Of a stretch of DNA of 64,000 nt, positions 1-13,279 are shown piece by piece. The number at the start of each line of letters is the position of its first letter. The first letter of the stretch is position 1. Source of the stretch: Tubulanus polymorphus (taxonomy: Eukaryota > Animalia > Nemertea); the NCBI RefSeq assembly GCF_964204645.1, contig NC_134036.1:8160812-8224811 (forward strand), read 5' to 3'. The translations under genes were made by a program, and so were the position numbers. The notes beneath the pieces were generated by a model. That model had not been told where the DNA came from. It saw only the letters and a program-made list of their open reading frames with translations, and made no database searches.

Positions 1-39
1 CATTTTGTCCATGTTTCAACACATGGCTAAATCTATATA

Positions 40-523
40 GCTGCGTTCACACGACAACTAGTTAGACCGGTCTAAATCGGTCCGCACTGGGCCCACAGGA
101 TGTCGCCATGAGTATTTTACCCCGAAATTTATGTAAATGATCATAGATTTATGATTCCCTGGCAGTTTTTTATTTGAACAATTTTGACGCAGTGTACCAT
201 ATATCTGGACACATGAACCTATAATAGATTCTAGGTATTTTCCAGAACAATTTATAGGGATATCTATTCAACTATCAACATACGCTGAGATTTTAAGATA
301 AATAATAATCCGTTAGCGTACACATTAATTTTAGGTAGTATAGAAATTATATGAAATCTTAAAACTATATTAATAGGCTTGATAAGTAATTGCTGACGAT
401 ACGATTGAATTGATATTGCAGAGTACGATTTAGACCGGCTCCTAGTACCAGTTTCTCTCCACACACACAGATTTAGTTCTGTCCTAATTTAGACCCATCT
501 AAATAATGTCGTCTAAACGCGCC
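40..523. mobile_element. MITE-like non-autonomous DNA transposon with diverged ~38-bp TIRs
   Basis: Left end gctgcgttcacacgacaactagttagaccggtctaaat resembles the reverse complement of right end atttagacccatctaaataatgtcgtctaaacgcgcc; TA-rich flanks on both sides. Confidence 0.45.
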
Positions 524-804
524 TATACAGTATATGTATTCTAAACCTACGTATTTATCATTCTAGGAGGATCAGCATCAGATTGCTTTGATTGAGTTTG
601 TACACAATGAAACAAGCTACAATTATTGACGTTGTATAATTTCCGTTGTTGACGTAAGTTCATTTGCCTAAGCTTGAGCTAATTATGAAAATATCTGGTA
701 CTTAAAACATTTCTTTTATTTAAAACATTCTTCTGACTTGAATTTAAGGATAGTCAAAATCTCATACAATGTTTTTATGGTTACAGTATTGGTATTTTTA
801 GGTA

Positions 805-1116
805 GTGGACTTTGGAAAGACCAGCAATTCAGAAAATTCAGCATTCCCAAGTATTGTTGTGGTTGGTGATGGGGTATCGTATGCGCAATATTTTCTTTCT
901 GTCGGAACAGTGCTTATGGATTGTACCACCTACAAAGATCTATCCGGAATCAAGTTAGCATTACTGGCAACACTGGTATTGTACTACATTTTTGACCTGA
1001 ACTATCCGAGACCTTTCAAGGAGTCCCTATCATTCTTTCAGGCAGTTCTATTTCAAGAAAATTGTCGTAAAGGCAATAGAACGGCCAAATTATTCAGCCA
1101 TTTTACATGTAGTTAA
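805..1116 (+). pseudogene. Terminal exon of an EnSpm/CMC-type transposon accessory (SAMD3-like) ORF
   Basis: Motif LALLATLVLYYIFDLNYP...LSFFQAVLF resembles the C-terminus of animal EnSpm accessory proteins; preceded by acceptor-like ttttag; a CACTG-type terminus lies downstream at 2187. Confidence 0.5.
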
Positions 1117-1169
1117 ATAATACATGTAGTTGAATTCCTGTAAAATCCAGCCTTGGTAAACTAATGAGT

Positions 1170-1411
1170 AGTTTGAGTAAAAATACAATATTAGAATTGA
1201 AATCTGACAGTGAGATTGTAAAAGATCAGTTTGGTGGAGCAGATTTTGTGGCCTTTTAAAGTGAGAAGGGTCAGTGTGATTCTACGAGGCATTCATTAAT
1301 TCATTCATCCTGACCCTACTCACTTTAAAAGGCCACAACATTTGCTCCACTTAGGCGATCTTTAATTTCAGGGTCAAATTTCATCTTCAATAATAATTTT
1401 TCACTAAAACT
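1170..1411. repeat. Fold-back (hairpin) MITE-like repeat
   Basis: gtggagcagattttgtggccttttaaagtgagaagggtcag pairs with ctgaccctactcactttaaaaggccacaacatttgctccac; pairing extends imperfectly outwards. Confidence 0.7.
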
Positions 1412-1954
1412 GTATGCTATAAAATTACATTTCTGTATAGACAGTAACTTTTAGGAATTTCATTTCAGGGGATATGTAAGGGATTTTCTAAGTGATTTTT
1501 CTCAAAGATATGAAACAATGATTGAAAAGTTAGCCACTTTGGCTTGGATGAGTGGAGATATTATCATTTAGATGAACTAGAAAATGCGCATTCAGAAAAG
1601 AAATAAACCTGGAAAATCGGCAGAATTTTGAATTTGCTTGAACTATATGTGCTCTTCTTTGATTGTGTTTTTATTTCATGCTTAAGGCTGAACTGTTCAG
1701 ATATATTATATTATGTTTTTTAGTGATGCGGACTGAGATGGTCAGATATATATTTTACCATGTGAATGACATGTACTAATGCAGCTATTTAAAGGCAGCA
1801 TTCTCTTAAAAAGAGCGTGTATGTATTTGATTTACGCTTATTGTGGCCAAATACATTGGTTAAGAATTTTGATACTTCCTTTTTGACAATTTTAATTCAA
1901 AATAATAAAATTTTGGATTTCAAGATTAATCTCATCTTTTTGGTTTTTCTGCCG

Positions 1955-2187
1955 GGAATGTGTTGAGTTTTGCAATGTTCCCACAGGTGTTCCGGAGTTC
2001 TACAAGTGTGTTCCCAAAAGGTGTTCTTGCAGTGTTCCCACTGGTGTTCCAGAGTTCCAAGAGTATGTTTCCAAAAGGAGTTCTCGTAATGTTCCCACAG
2101 GTGTTCCATGATTTAAGTGTTCCAAAACTCTACTCAACTGAAAATGTTCTAAGTAGTGTTCAAGATATGTTCTTAGTTTTTACAGTG
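1955..2187 (+). mobile_element. 3' terminus of an EnSpm/CACTA-like element with subterminal repeats
   Basis: Ends in ttttacagtg (reverse complement CACTGTAAAA), preceded by many short (g)tgttcc(c) repeats. Confidence 0.55.
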
Positions 2188-2351
2188 TATAGCAGACGTA
2201 GAGCACTCAACAAATTCTGATAATCAAAACACAATCAATCGAGTTGACAGAACAGCAGCCAAAATTGCTGAAGATAGAATTAAAGGAATTTCGAATGAAA
2301 TCTGATGGGTTTATGCTGTAAAATTATATAGTTTCTAGTAATCATATAATC

Positions 2352-5300
2352 CTTGTCGCCCGGAGTCTCACGATTCTCGCGGGAATTTGTTTACTGTGAG
2401 TTGTGTTCAATCATGTGATTATTATTTGGCGGGAAATTGAACCAATGATATAAATGCATTCTGAGTGATATTGTTAAACCGGTTTTATCATGTGATTTAG
2501 TGCTCGTGTTTTTCGAGTTTATAATGAAGTTCAGTTCTCACTCAGGAATCGTCGTGTTCGGGTCTTTCCTTTTCTCTGTCGAAGTACAGTCTCGACACTG
2601 TTTTCTTCAGCTCGGAATGCGCAAGGCGACCGAGTTTCCGATCCGTTTCGAAGCCATCAAAACGGCCGCCGATTCGCTTCGTAGTGTGTTATGAAACTCG
2701 TAATACTGACTACTAGTTAAACGCTCGTTTTTATTCGTGTGAAATGGTTCTTCTATTTTTCTGCGTACCGGATATAAACCGCGGCTGTGGCGTCGTCTGC
2801 GAATTTGTTTGCCAGTTCCAGTGGGTTTTTGGTGCACACCAATGCGCAATCAAAGTTTATATCGCCCTCCGCAGTGACGTGAATTTCATACATATTTGCA
2901 GCAGCAGCAGCAGCAGCAGCAGCAGCGGGGGCGGAAAACTGAAAGCTCATACGAAAGAGAAAACAAATATTTTCTTGAATGATTAGAACTAAAATTGTCT
3001 TAAATACGATTTTTCGCTACAAGCGCTTCGTTCGGTAAACGGTAATACTGGTACTTCATATAAATTCACCCTATTTACTCTAAGGCAAACAAATGGATAC
3101 CTTGTTTCTCCCTGTTTCTCCGTCTGCTGAACGCGAAAGTTGACCGCCTATCTTCTCTGTACATAACGTTTTTTTTTAAATTGTGACCAGGCATATACGA
3201 TAGCTAAACGACAGCTAAAGAAATGAACTGATTCTGTTTCAGTTTACTAAGTGACCCGGCCGCTGCGTAAGTATCATTTTCTGGCCTAAACAGAAGGAAT
3301 TTATTTTCCCGTTCACTAATTCCCGGCTCGTCCACAGCTCTCTCATCATGTAAATAATAATTATCTTTTTATTTCCAACTGGACACTTGAATTAATAAAG
3401 AATTATTTGATTTCTTACCTAAATCACGGAGTAATATCGATCGAACAGGTCTCAAACGCTGTGTAAGATTGAATTAAATGCAGCCGAATTCATTATTCAT
3501 TTGCATAAAACCTGTTTCTGATATCTGATCGAAAAGGCTTTGCCTTATTAAAACAATGCGCAATCGGGATGAATATACTAGAATAACCTCCCCCTCCGCT
3601 CCTACCCCACCCCTCCCCTCCTACCCCACCTGGTCCGTATTTACAAGAACAAAGATTGCTTCCTGAAAGGAAACAGCCTCTGAAGTTCGTCTGTGAAAGA
3701 AATACAACGACTTTGTCCTCATTTGCATAATATTTCTACAGTAGACTCCGCCCGAGTCAGAACTGTTCAACTTGGAGATAACTTTTCAATGCGGATGTTT
3801 GAAATATTTTTGTGACACTGTTTTAAGGGGTACATAATATCCAACTCGGATATAACTCTCACGTTAGACACATTATATCGGTCCCAAAAGATTCGACTTG
3901 GGCAAAGTCTACAGTTTTTACATAAAATCAACATTTATATTAAAACCAGCTCGGAATTATGATAATTCGTTAAAGTGCGTGTAATAAAATTTCAATTGAA
4001 TATCGTCATGAAACGTGTTGTATCATGCTTCATCGTATTCCAGAGTTTCGGGTCGTGCAAAAATGAGTTATTGCGCGAAATTGCCACGAGTTAGAAACCA
4101 CGTTATAAAACAGTTCTATCGATATAAAGATAATAAGCTGATTCCTGCATGTTTTAACGTACTTTTTAAAACGACGTTCGCTCCGATTTTGTGCGGAAAC
4201 GTCAGAAGCTGAAAACGGCTTCAGGCATCGTGTGAGACATGAATATAAAAACAACACGACCGTAGGACACACAAACACACACACGATTCACGACAAATCC
4301 GTCGCAATTTAATTATTCAAAAATTTAATATGAAATTAAACGGGGTAAAATGGAGAATAATCCGATCTGTAAAGAGCGGATTAAAAAACAGGATGAACAC
4401 AGTAAAAATCTGTACCCGTTGGGCTATAATACCCCCTCTCTCTCCCTCCCGCCTCGACGTTTTGTGATATGTGACAAAATTATGTCCTAGGTACGGATCT
4501 AGGGAGTGAGAGGGAGCGGGTCGACCCTATTCCACTAGAAGTGACTCTTTTTTATCAAGACAATGATCCGAAAAAGAGTTGAAAAAATAAACAAATTCGA
4601 CGCCCATACTGCACCTTTTCCGATTCATTTCTAATAATGCCGTGTTGATGGATGGGCGGGAATTCGGATATAGCCTTCAGCGTGATTACTTACTCCAATG
4701 AAAGCCAAGCCCTTCCACTCTGCACCATGTTCCTGCCTATCCAGTTCTGCCAATTCCCTTCTTCGATACTTTATCAAGTTCTGTATACGGATACTAGTTC
4801 AACATTAGCTCAAAGCAACAATAACAAAAATCCTAGAGTGATAAGTATTCTATTAACTGTTATTTATTTCCTGTCTTAGAAAATCGGATGTGGATTTTCA
4901 TTAACTCATTATCGGTAAAACTTTTGTCCGGGCCCTAGAAAACGTATTGACAAATAGGTCTGGTTTTAAGTAACCGGTATCTTATTGGTTGTAGAACCAA
5001 AATTCACTTGAGCTTATTTTTGCTACTGGACCAAGAGTGTTTTTATCTAAGGGATCTTATTCATTCAACCTTTAACCAAACCTGAAAATATCATCGAACT
5101 TATCATAACAGCTGCCGACCGGAATAGGAGATCTTATCAACCAATCAACAGGGCCACAGTACGTGACATCACATCATTGCGCCAATCGTACGGTCGTCCA
5201 AAAGTGGTCTTAAATCTTAAGATGTTAGGTTGGCTATAGAACTAAGTCGGTCGGCTGAGACTGGTCTTGAATATAAGCCATGACTAAATGCAACCGGCCC

Positions 5301-5903
5301 CAGATCCGGAGTATGATCCATTGATGAGTAAGTAATAAGCGCGTTGTCGGTGTGACGACCTACCTGTTTTTGAGCAGACATACTGCATATACGAGGATTG
5401 AACTTTCGTCCACTTCCAGCTGGAATGGCTACATCCGATACATAAGTTGAATCTTTCCATGTAGTGTATCGATCGGCATGTCTTATCTCCGGAACAGAGT
5501 GTCGCGCATGCGCTCATCGTCGTGTGGTTTCGCTTGAAATTGGCGGCGATACATACATGCAAAATCAATCAGCTGCGGGGTCAGGTGATTCTGTGTTTAT
5601 TTCTGCGGTGTAATACTTTTCTTTTTTTATAAATCACGGTTAAACGCACCCTGTGCGCCACCTGTCGGGTTCTTCTTGTCGAGAAGAACAAGAAAAACTA
5701 GAAGAAACATTCAGCCCAAGAAACAGTGTGGGATTCGAACCAACTCGCATTGAACGCATATATGAGCATATATGAGACCAGGGTTCGAATGTTGGGATAG
5801 TTGATGGCATAAGGAAATTCAAAGGTTTTCCACTTGGAAAATGCTGTTTAAGAATACAGCCTCTCTCATCAATCAAGGATTTTTACGACGCCTCTCCAAT
5901 ACA
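2352..5903 (+). repeat. Left arm of a large inverted segmental duplication (partner 58425-62527)
   Basis: Colinear reverse-complement match; ORFs 4015-4284 vs 60744-61043, 2607-2950 vs 61990-62277 and 5640-5876 vs 58496-58709 are paralogous; roughly 90% identity by eye, with indels. Confidence 0.95.
5284..5568 (-). pseudogene. PAN/apple-like Cys-rich domain fragment
   Basis: SACATLCSGDKTCRSIHY...C fits the PAN pattern C-x3-C-x5-C-x-S-x2-Y; the paralog near 58800-59090 is disrupted. Confidence 0.4.
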
Positions 5904-5906
5904 TAT

Positions 5907-6245
5907 CTAAATAGCTTTTTCAATGATATTATACCTTGAATGTTTCACTAAACCTTCAATAGTATAAGGCCTTGAGCGTGAACCGTTCTGCAACATACCT
6001 TTATAGTTATGCGAAATTCCATACGAACACATTGCTCCATTGATCATGGTATCTGTTTCTGTTTTCGTGCAATATTCACTGAGTCTTATAGGCTGCGTTG
6101 ATCTAAAAGTCTTGCATCGATAGCTTTCGTCGTCTTGTTTAACTACGCTTATAAATATACAGTTCCATGGCTCCTTCAAACAAACATTCTCACAAACATT
6201 GAGCGCGGCATCGATGTCGTTTACACCGTCCAGTGCGTACTTCAT
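5907..6245 (-). CDS. Possible exon encoding a PAN/apple-like Cys-rich domain
   Basis: VCENVCLKEPWNCIFISV...YRC cysteine spacing. Confidence 0.3.
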   Translation of the reverse strand: MKYALDGVNDIDAALNVCENVCLKEPWNCIFISVVKQDDESYRCKTFRSTQPIRLSEYCTKTETDTMINGAMCSYGISHNYKGMLQNGSRSRPYTIEGLVKHSRYNIIEKAI

Positions 6246-7715
6246 CGAATGGAGAGCATCTTGTTCACAGAATATCGGTAGGCAAAACCGTATTCTTATT
6301 TCATCTGTGTTTAAATATCAAAATCATTGATTGATCGGTCATTTGTCTCATATGATTTATTCTACAAAATATCACGATGAGCTTTAAGGACTCGTCTAGA
6401 GACTGAAGGCTGCGGGGGGCGGATCTAGGAAATTTGGAAGGCTAGGGTCCAGAAGAAGAGGAAAAGATAATTTTCAGATAGAGCAGCCATGTCATAGGCT
6501 ACAAGCGGGATTCCATCCTCGATATTTTCTAAGAGATCTTCGGGAAAATATGCAATGGATGAGTGACAACTCTACGGGTTTCAACAATCTTTATCTTGAC
6601 TCGTCAAGGGAAACGTCCATAATGGGAAGGCAAGGAAGGGTCCTCGGTGGCCCTAAATCCGCCCCTCAGCCGCTACTCAGCATGGCGTAGAAAAACCACA
6701 TAGTGGTTTAACTCGGTTTAATTTCACCATACAATCAGACGATACTATGATAACTATTATAACACAAACATCGATAGAATCATAGGAATATTGAAGGAGG
6801 AAAAGGGATAGTGATTTATAGCATCTATTGATGAGCTGGTGTTTATAGAAATTCAATCCATGCGAAGCGAAAAGTTCACCTCGCAAATAGTTTTAAAACG
6901 CTTTTAACATACAACTGTGAGAACCATGATTTCATCTGTGATCAGAGCGACAATCTGGGGTTTCTATTTCTAGTGTAAAAACTGGACCTAAATATTTACG
7001 AATGGCAATCCAATTATGTAAAGTGTGACACGATCAAGTGAAATAGCATCCTGATTATAGTGAGTTTTCTTGTCAAGTTTTGAAAATCATTGAAAAATAT
7101 TTCATAGCATCATTGAGAACATCATGGATACTGTCTAATGAAACCGTTATTTCAGTCAAAATGTAAAACTAATCATTGTGGCAGGGATTTCAAATCCTGA
7201 TTCGACTAAAATTTCAGTGGAATGAATATGAATTTCTTATTTTTACAATTAAAACGATTGATTCTACAAATCATTAAATGAGATATAAGCTTACTAACCT
7301 GGCCAAGTCGAATTGAGCTTTTTCAGCAAATATACATTTTCATCACCGCCGATTGTAATCGAAACAATAAACAGTTCAAACAATCCAAACACCAGTCCAA
7401 ACATAATTGTTGTTTATCTCGCGAATTAATTAAATAAAATAGTGAATAAACTAGGTTATATCTAGTTAATGCAGGACCCGGTTCACGTTCAGTATCCAGT
7501 TCCACAGGTCAGTGCCCGGTTCTACTGCCACAGGACCCGGTTCCACGTTCAGGGCTCGGATCCACCAGTACACGGTTCCACACTCGGTTAAGTTTGAATA
7601 TCTAAGTTTGAAAAAACCTAATAAAATGGCGGCCTAGTGTGTGCACGTTCAAAAAGAGATCCCGTGCTAAATTATTATTTGTTGTGGTCATGAGTGACTT
7701 TTGATTCAACTAATC

Positions 7716-9062
7716 ATGGATACTAACGGATTAAATAGAGACAATTCGGTGAAATTTGATTTGAGACAATTCGGGAGGAGAAAACTATCTCATTTGGACA
7801 TTTTAAACGCGGTTCGAGATAAGATTGATGTGAGTAAAATTCTATCGATACAATTGACGAACTCAAATTGTATAATAACTACTGTCGATCCTGAGACAAA
7901 GGACATCTTGTCAGATTCGTGCATTCAAGTGTTAGATCAAACTGTTGGTTTTACTGATGTTGGAGTATCTGTAATCAATGTAAAGGTCGTGGATGCTCCT
8001 ATCGAAATGGACGACAGGACTATAGTTGCGTTTATTTCGAAATTTGGCGATTACATTAGCGGTTCGATCAAAAGAGGACTCATAAATGGGACTTCGATCT
8101 TCCCGGGAACGAGATATTTACAGATGCGTACTATCAAAGAGGTCGTACCAAATTTCACTAAGATTGGAGTATATAATGTTCGTATATACTGCGATTCGAT
8201 CTGTCAAATTTGTTTGAACAGTGATCACAGATTAAATAACTGTCCCGTACGGTTGAATGAACGGTTGAGTGAACGCCTATGCCATGTATGCAAGTCACCC
8301 GATCACATAAAACGCGACTGCCCACTCAATAAAGAATTCAACTCAGGTTTTCGCCACGTTGAAAGTACCGTGAGTCCTGAGGTCACTGAACAGGAACAGC
8401 ATAAACAAACGAAAAAAGTACTGATTTTGGGCGATTCGAACATGAGAGAATTCCCAAATGACAACGGCTTAGTTGTTTATCAATCTGGTGCAACATTCGA
8501 AAACATAGATCCGTTGCTTGATAAAGTTGACTCCCTAGTTAACGATTTAACCGCGATAACCGAGGTCGTTGTACATTTAGGCACTAATGATATAAACAGG
8601 CACAAATCAGATCCCGATGATATCAAGGTTAACACTACATTAGGGTTAGCCAAGGTTACCGAAAAGTTCGCAAAAGCTAAAGTGTGTTTCTCGAGCGTCA
8701 TCCCTAAGAAAGGTATAAATAACAATACGAAAGATTTCAATACTACTGCTTGTATGGTAAATACATACATGGATAAGTTTTGTTCGAGACAGAACATTCT
8801 GTTCATCAACAATGATGTCATCTTAAAACGATCAGGAACTATCAGAGATAGATACTACAATGTTAGTGACTCAAGTGGGACTCATTTGAATGAACTTGGA
8901 AAGTCGGCCCTCGCTAAGAACTTCAGTGACATCTTGTTCTCTGACAACCAGGCTGAGATTTTCAGTACTCCAGCAACAAACAAACGTAAGAAGAGATCTA
9001 TAACTCAAACCCCACCGAGCACAGAAAAAGATCCAAAGAAAGCCAATTTTGATGTCAGTTAA
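7716..9062 (+). CDS. LINE ORF1p: N-terminal RRM-like region, two CCHC zinc knuckles and an SGNH esterase
   Basis: CQICLNSDHRLNNC and CHVCKSPDHIKRDC knuckles; SGNH blocks ILGDSN, HLGTND and DSSGTHLN; basic C-terminal NLS-like KRKKR. Confidence 0.85.
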   Translation: MDTNGLNRDNSVKFDLRQFGRRKLSHLDILNAVRDKIDVSKILSIQLTNSNCIITTVDPETKDILSDSCIQVLDQTVGFTDVGVSVINVKVVDAPIEMDDRTIVAFISKFGDYISGSIKRGLINGTSIFPGTRYLQMRTIKEVVPNFTKIGVYNVRIYCDSICQICLNSDHRLNNCPVRLNERLSERLCHVCKSPDHIKRDCPLNKEFNSGFRHVESTVSPEVTEQEQHKQTKKVLILGDSNMREFPNDNGLVVYQSGATFENIDPLLDKVDSLVNDLTAITEVVVHLGTNDINRHKSDPDDIKVNTTLGLAKVTEKFAKAKVCFSSVIPKKGINNNTKDFNTTACMVNTYMDKFCSRQNILFINNDVILKRSGTIRDRYYNVSDSSGTHLNELGKSALAKNFSDILFSDNQAEIFSTPATNKRKKRSITQTPPSTEKDPKKANFDVS

Positions 9063-9065
9063 ACA

Positions 9066-11986
9066 ATGTCGGAATATATATTAGAACCGGAATGTACTAA
9101 TTGTGACTATTATTGTGCGAACAATTTCGCTTTAAAATTTTCAACACCTTGTGAGGGAAAACCGTTGAGTGTATTTCATGCTAACGTCCGAAGTGTCAAG
9201 AAGAACTTCGATAACTTCAGTGATTACCTTCAAACTCTGAACCATCAATTCTCTGTAATTGGATTATCCGAAACATGGACAGACGAGAATATCCCAAATG
9301 AATCCTTGTATCACATCCCTAACTACACTAGTTTTTTTCGAAGTAGATCGAATAAATAGGGTGGTGGTGTAGGTATCTTAATAAATAATACTTTTCGATA
9401 TAAAATTAGGGAGGATTTAGTTATTGGTGAATCTATATTTGCTGAATTATCTTATTAAAAAAAAAGATTATCGTTGGTGTTTTGTATCGTGCGCCTGAAT
9501 CTGATTTAACAAACTTTATTAATGAATTCAATAGATTTACACATATGGTTAACAAGGAAAATTTGAATGTTATATTAATGGGTGACTATAATATTGACTT
9601 TAGCAAAATTGGAAAAAATTCTTTGTATGAGAGTTTCATAAATATTGCGAGCTCTAATTCATTTTCACCGCTTATTAATTTACCCACTAGAGTTACTGAG
9701 CAATCTGCTACGGTAATAGATAATATATTAATTAACTTTAGCCAAGAGTCTAAAATTTTAAGTGGAGTCTTCCTTAACGATATCACAGATCATTACCCGA
9801 TTTTTGCTGTGATGGATATTTTAAATGAGAAATATAATCCCAATTCCCCTATAATTCAGATCCGTGATATTAATCCAAGGTCAATCGAAACATTTTCCCG
9901 ATCATTGTTAGCCAGCGATTGGCAGTGTGTTTATAATAGCAATAGTCCAGAAAAGTCTTGTAACGAATTCTATAATATTGTAAATACGTGTTATGAAGCA
10001 TGTTTTCCGGTTAAGTGTATTACACCCAAACAACACAATAAACCATGGATTACAGCAGGGATCAAAACGTCTATCAAAATTAAGGATAAATTATATAGAA
10101 AATATATAGGTAAAAGAAATATTGACAGCAAAGCCAAGTATTGTAAATATAGGAATTTCTTAAACTCTTTACTTAGAAAAAGTAAAGAACGTTATTACAA
10201 AGAAAAATTTTTATCGTGTCAATATGATCCTAAGGAAACTTGGAAAATAATCAATTCATTACTTAATAAGACCAAAAATAAGAAGTGTAATTCCGAGCTT
10301 TTACACAACAACAGGGTTATTACTGATGAACTAGAAATTGCAAACCAGTTCAATGATTATTTTGTAAATATTGCTTCATCTCTTGAGTCTAAAATTCCAA
10401 ATTCCACTCACGATTTTAAACAATATCTTGGCGATAAAAACGACGAAAACTTTTTTCTCTCACCTACATACCCCTCAGAAGTGGAGGAAATTGTATCTAA
10501 CTTACAAAGTAAACCATCGTGTGGATGTGACAATATCAGCAATTAATTACTCAAATCTATTATTTCCGCTATTTCAAGTCCCTTAACTCATATCTTTAAT
10601 TGTAGCTTTGTCACAGGTATAGTTCCCAATATTTTCAAAATCGCTTACATAACCCCTATTTACAAAATGGGTGATAAGTCTTCTTTTAGTAACTATCGCC
10701 CTATTTCTGTTCTACCTTCAATTTCAAAGGTGTTGGAAAAACTTGTTTACAATCGGTTGATAAAATTTCTTGACAAATATAAAATCTTAAATGACCGGCA
10801 GTTTGGTTTTAGAAAAAAGTACTCAACTTCCTCTGCATTAACGTACATTACTGATAAAATAGCAAACTCTCTAGATAATGGGTTAATAACCGCTGGTGTT
10901 TTCATAGACTTATCAAAAGCATTTGACACAATTAATCACAAAATCCTAAATTCAAAATTAGAACATTACGGTATACGTGGCATACCATATCTCTGGTTCC
11001 AAAATTATCTAACTAATAGAAAACAAGCAGTGAAGTTCAATAACTGTTTATCCTCAACTCTCGACATTAATTCTGGTGTCCCTCAAGGCTCTATCCTAGG
11101 GCCGCTATTATTTTTGATTTATATCAACGACTGCCCTTCCTCCTGTAAAGCATTAGAGTCAATTCTTTTTGCTGATGATAGCAACTTTTTCTACAGCCAT
11201 CATGATCCAAAAATTGTCGAATACACCTTGAATTCAGAGTTGGCTAATCTCTTGCAATGGTTTCGGGCTAATAGATTGTCTGTAAATGTAGGAAAAACCC
11301 AGTATATCATTTTTGGTAATAAAGACCATATTAAACTCACCATTCGTGTGGATGACCAAATTATCAAACGTGTTGATTCTACAAAGTTTCTAGGTGTTAT
11401 ATTTGATCACAATTTAACCTGGAAGGAGCATATATCTTTTACGTGTAAAAAAGTATCTCGTGGAATTGGTATAATCAATAGATTAAAGTACATTTTACCT
11501 TCAGATATTCTAAAAAATCTCTACTATTGTTTCGTTCACTCACACCTACATTATGCCAATCTTATTTGGGGAAATGCTTGTGAAATTTATTTGCAACCAT
11601 TATACATCCTTCAGAAAAAAGCCCTTCGGATAATCACTCGTTCAAATTGGCTTGAACGTACATCCCCGATTTTCAGGAAATTAGAAATTCTTAAACTGGA
11701 TGACATTTACAGACATCAAATTGGATCGCTTGCCTTCTTAAGTATCAACCTTTTATTACCGACTATTTTCAACGATTTTTTCATTCTCAGGAACACCCAA
11801 AATCTTCGTTCTAGTCGCAGGCCTATGGCCTTATCAATAGAATTTGCTAAATCTAAATACAAGTATACATCTATGAAAATTCAAGGAGCGAAATTCTGGA
11901 ATAGTTTACCAGAGAAATTAAAATATCTAGACTCGATATCCAACTTCAAAATTCAGCTTCAGCGTTATCTTCGTTCCACTTATTAA
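9066..11986 (+). pseudogene. LINE ORF2 (APE endonuclease + reverse transcriptase), disrupted
   Basis: APE motifs HANVRS, LSETW, MGDYN, IDNI, TDHYPI; RT motifs NYRPIS, DLSKAFD, GVPQGSILGP, FADD; stop at 9357 and frameshifts near 9460 and 10546. Confidence 0.93.
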
Positions 11987-13279
11987 TTATCTGTGTAATC
12001 TTTTATAACGTGCCACATTACTTTATCTGCAATTGTCTATGTATATTATGTATATTTGGTTTGTTTGGTAAACTAGGAATGAATGTGAATTGGTGTATAT
12101 GTCTGTGTGTATGTGAGAGTGTATGGACGAGGGATTAGGACTAGATTAAGCCAACTTTGGCTTCTCCTAATTCCTCGCATAATTTATTGGTACATTGTTT
12201 TCCATATATTGTGTATTCATTTGTAAACTCTGTAACAATCTTTTATGCAAATAAATCATATCATATCATATCAATATATAGTTATAATTAGTTCATATTC
12301 CAATCCTTTGATCCTTAATTCAAATTTTGAGTAAGCAATAGCTGTCTTACTGGATCCAGAGTTTCTGGAATGTGTTCCCTGAAGAACGTCTCATCGCACG
12401 GCAGATGGAGGATCCGGTGCGAGTTCGCTAGAGACGGGGGATTATCTCTTAATTTTGATGCTAAGACGCATTAAATCTCCTGTAATTTGGGTAATAAAGC
12501 CTCGGGCCCACACACATCGAAAAAAACCATCGGTTTAATCACACGTCGACTCCGCTTGACGGTTAAGTGATTAAAGTTTAACGCATTTAATGTGAAGACG
12601 CCCACATCGTAACCCATGGCGTCTTTAGATTCTTTGATTCTGACTTGCCGGGGCACCGTGTGCGGGTCTGAGAGATCATGGGGCATCATAGTCTAGTACC
12701 TCTAGCCGTCGTTGTCGTATGGGCCCGCCGTCAACGACCACAGGGCAAAGGCCGCATCGATCGAACACTCGCAAGGACGAGGGCCCGTCCCTGACCGCCC
12801 GAGAGTTAACACCATCTAAATCTTAATTGCATGAATAAGACTTCCATCCAAATTAACGAATTGTTGCGACGTCTTTGGGAATTTGTTCGCGAGGATTGAG
12901 ACGTCGATCGACGGGTTCGTCCGGCGGTCGCCGCACCGGTACCGGACAACCTGCCGTCGTCCGATTCCGGTTGACGTGATATAGAGTAAACCGAAGATGG
13001 CTATGATGGAGATTGGCGTTTTAGAGCAGGATATTTTCAGCCAGAAATACAGAGCTCTGTTTTCAGTCCAAAAATATGAAAATCCCTTTTAGTAATTCGA
13101 TTAAAAGTTCGAAAAAGGTGTTTTAACCCGATTTACTCGACGACTATAAGTTCACCATACGTATTGATATTTGACTCTTGGGAAAAGATAACAGGTAGTG
13201 GAAGGGTGTGTTAAATTCCAATGGTTTTCTCACATTTCTTTGTGATACCTACACAGAGTTTTTTTGTTTTCTATTTCAG

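Larger units (their letters stand above)
7470..12274 (+). mobile_element. Near full-length CR1/L2-group (Crack-like) non-LTR retrotransposon
   Basis: 5' short repeats (acccggttc...), YY1-like AAAATGGCGGC at ~7623, ORF1, APE-RT ORF2, 3' stem-loop (aagccaactttggctt) and (ATCAT)n tail ending ~12274; the 5' boundary is approximate. Confidence 0.9.

Noticed and set aside
1897-2220. ORFs 1897-2109 and 1960-2220 as proteins
   Set aside because: They are translations of subterminal transposon repeats.
2753-2986. Poly-Ala / poly-Ser protein
   Set aside because: Produced by a (GCA)n microsatellite that is not expanded in the paralogous arm.
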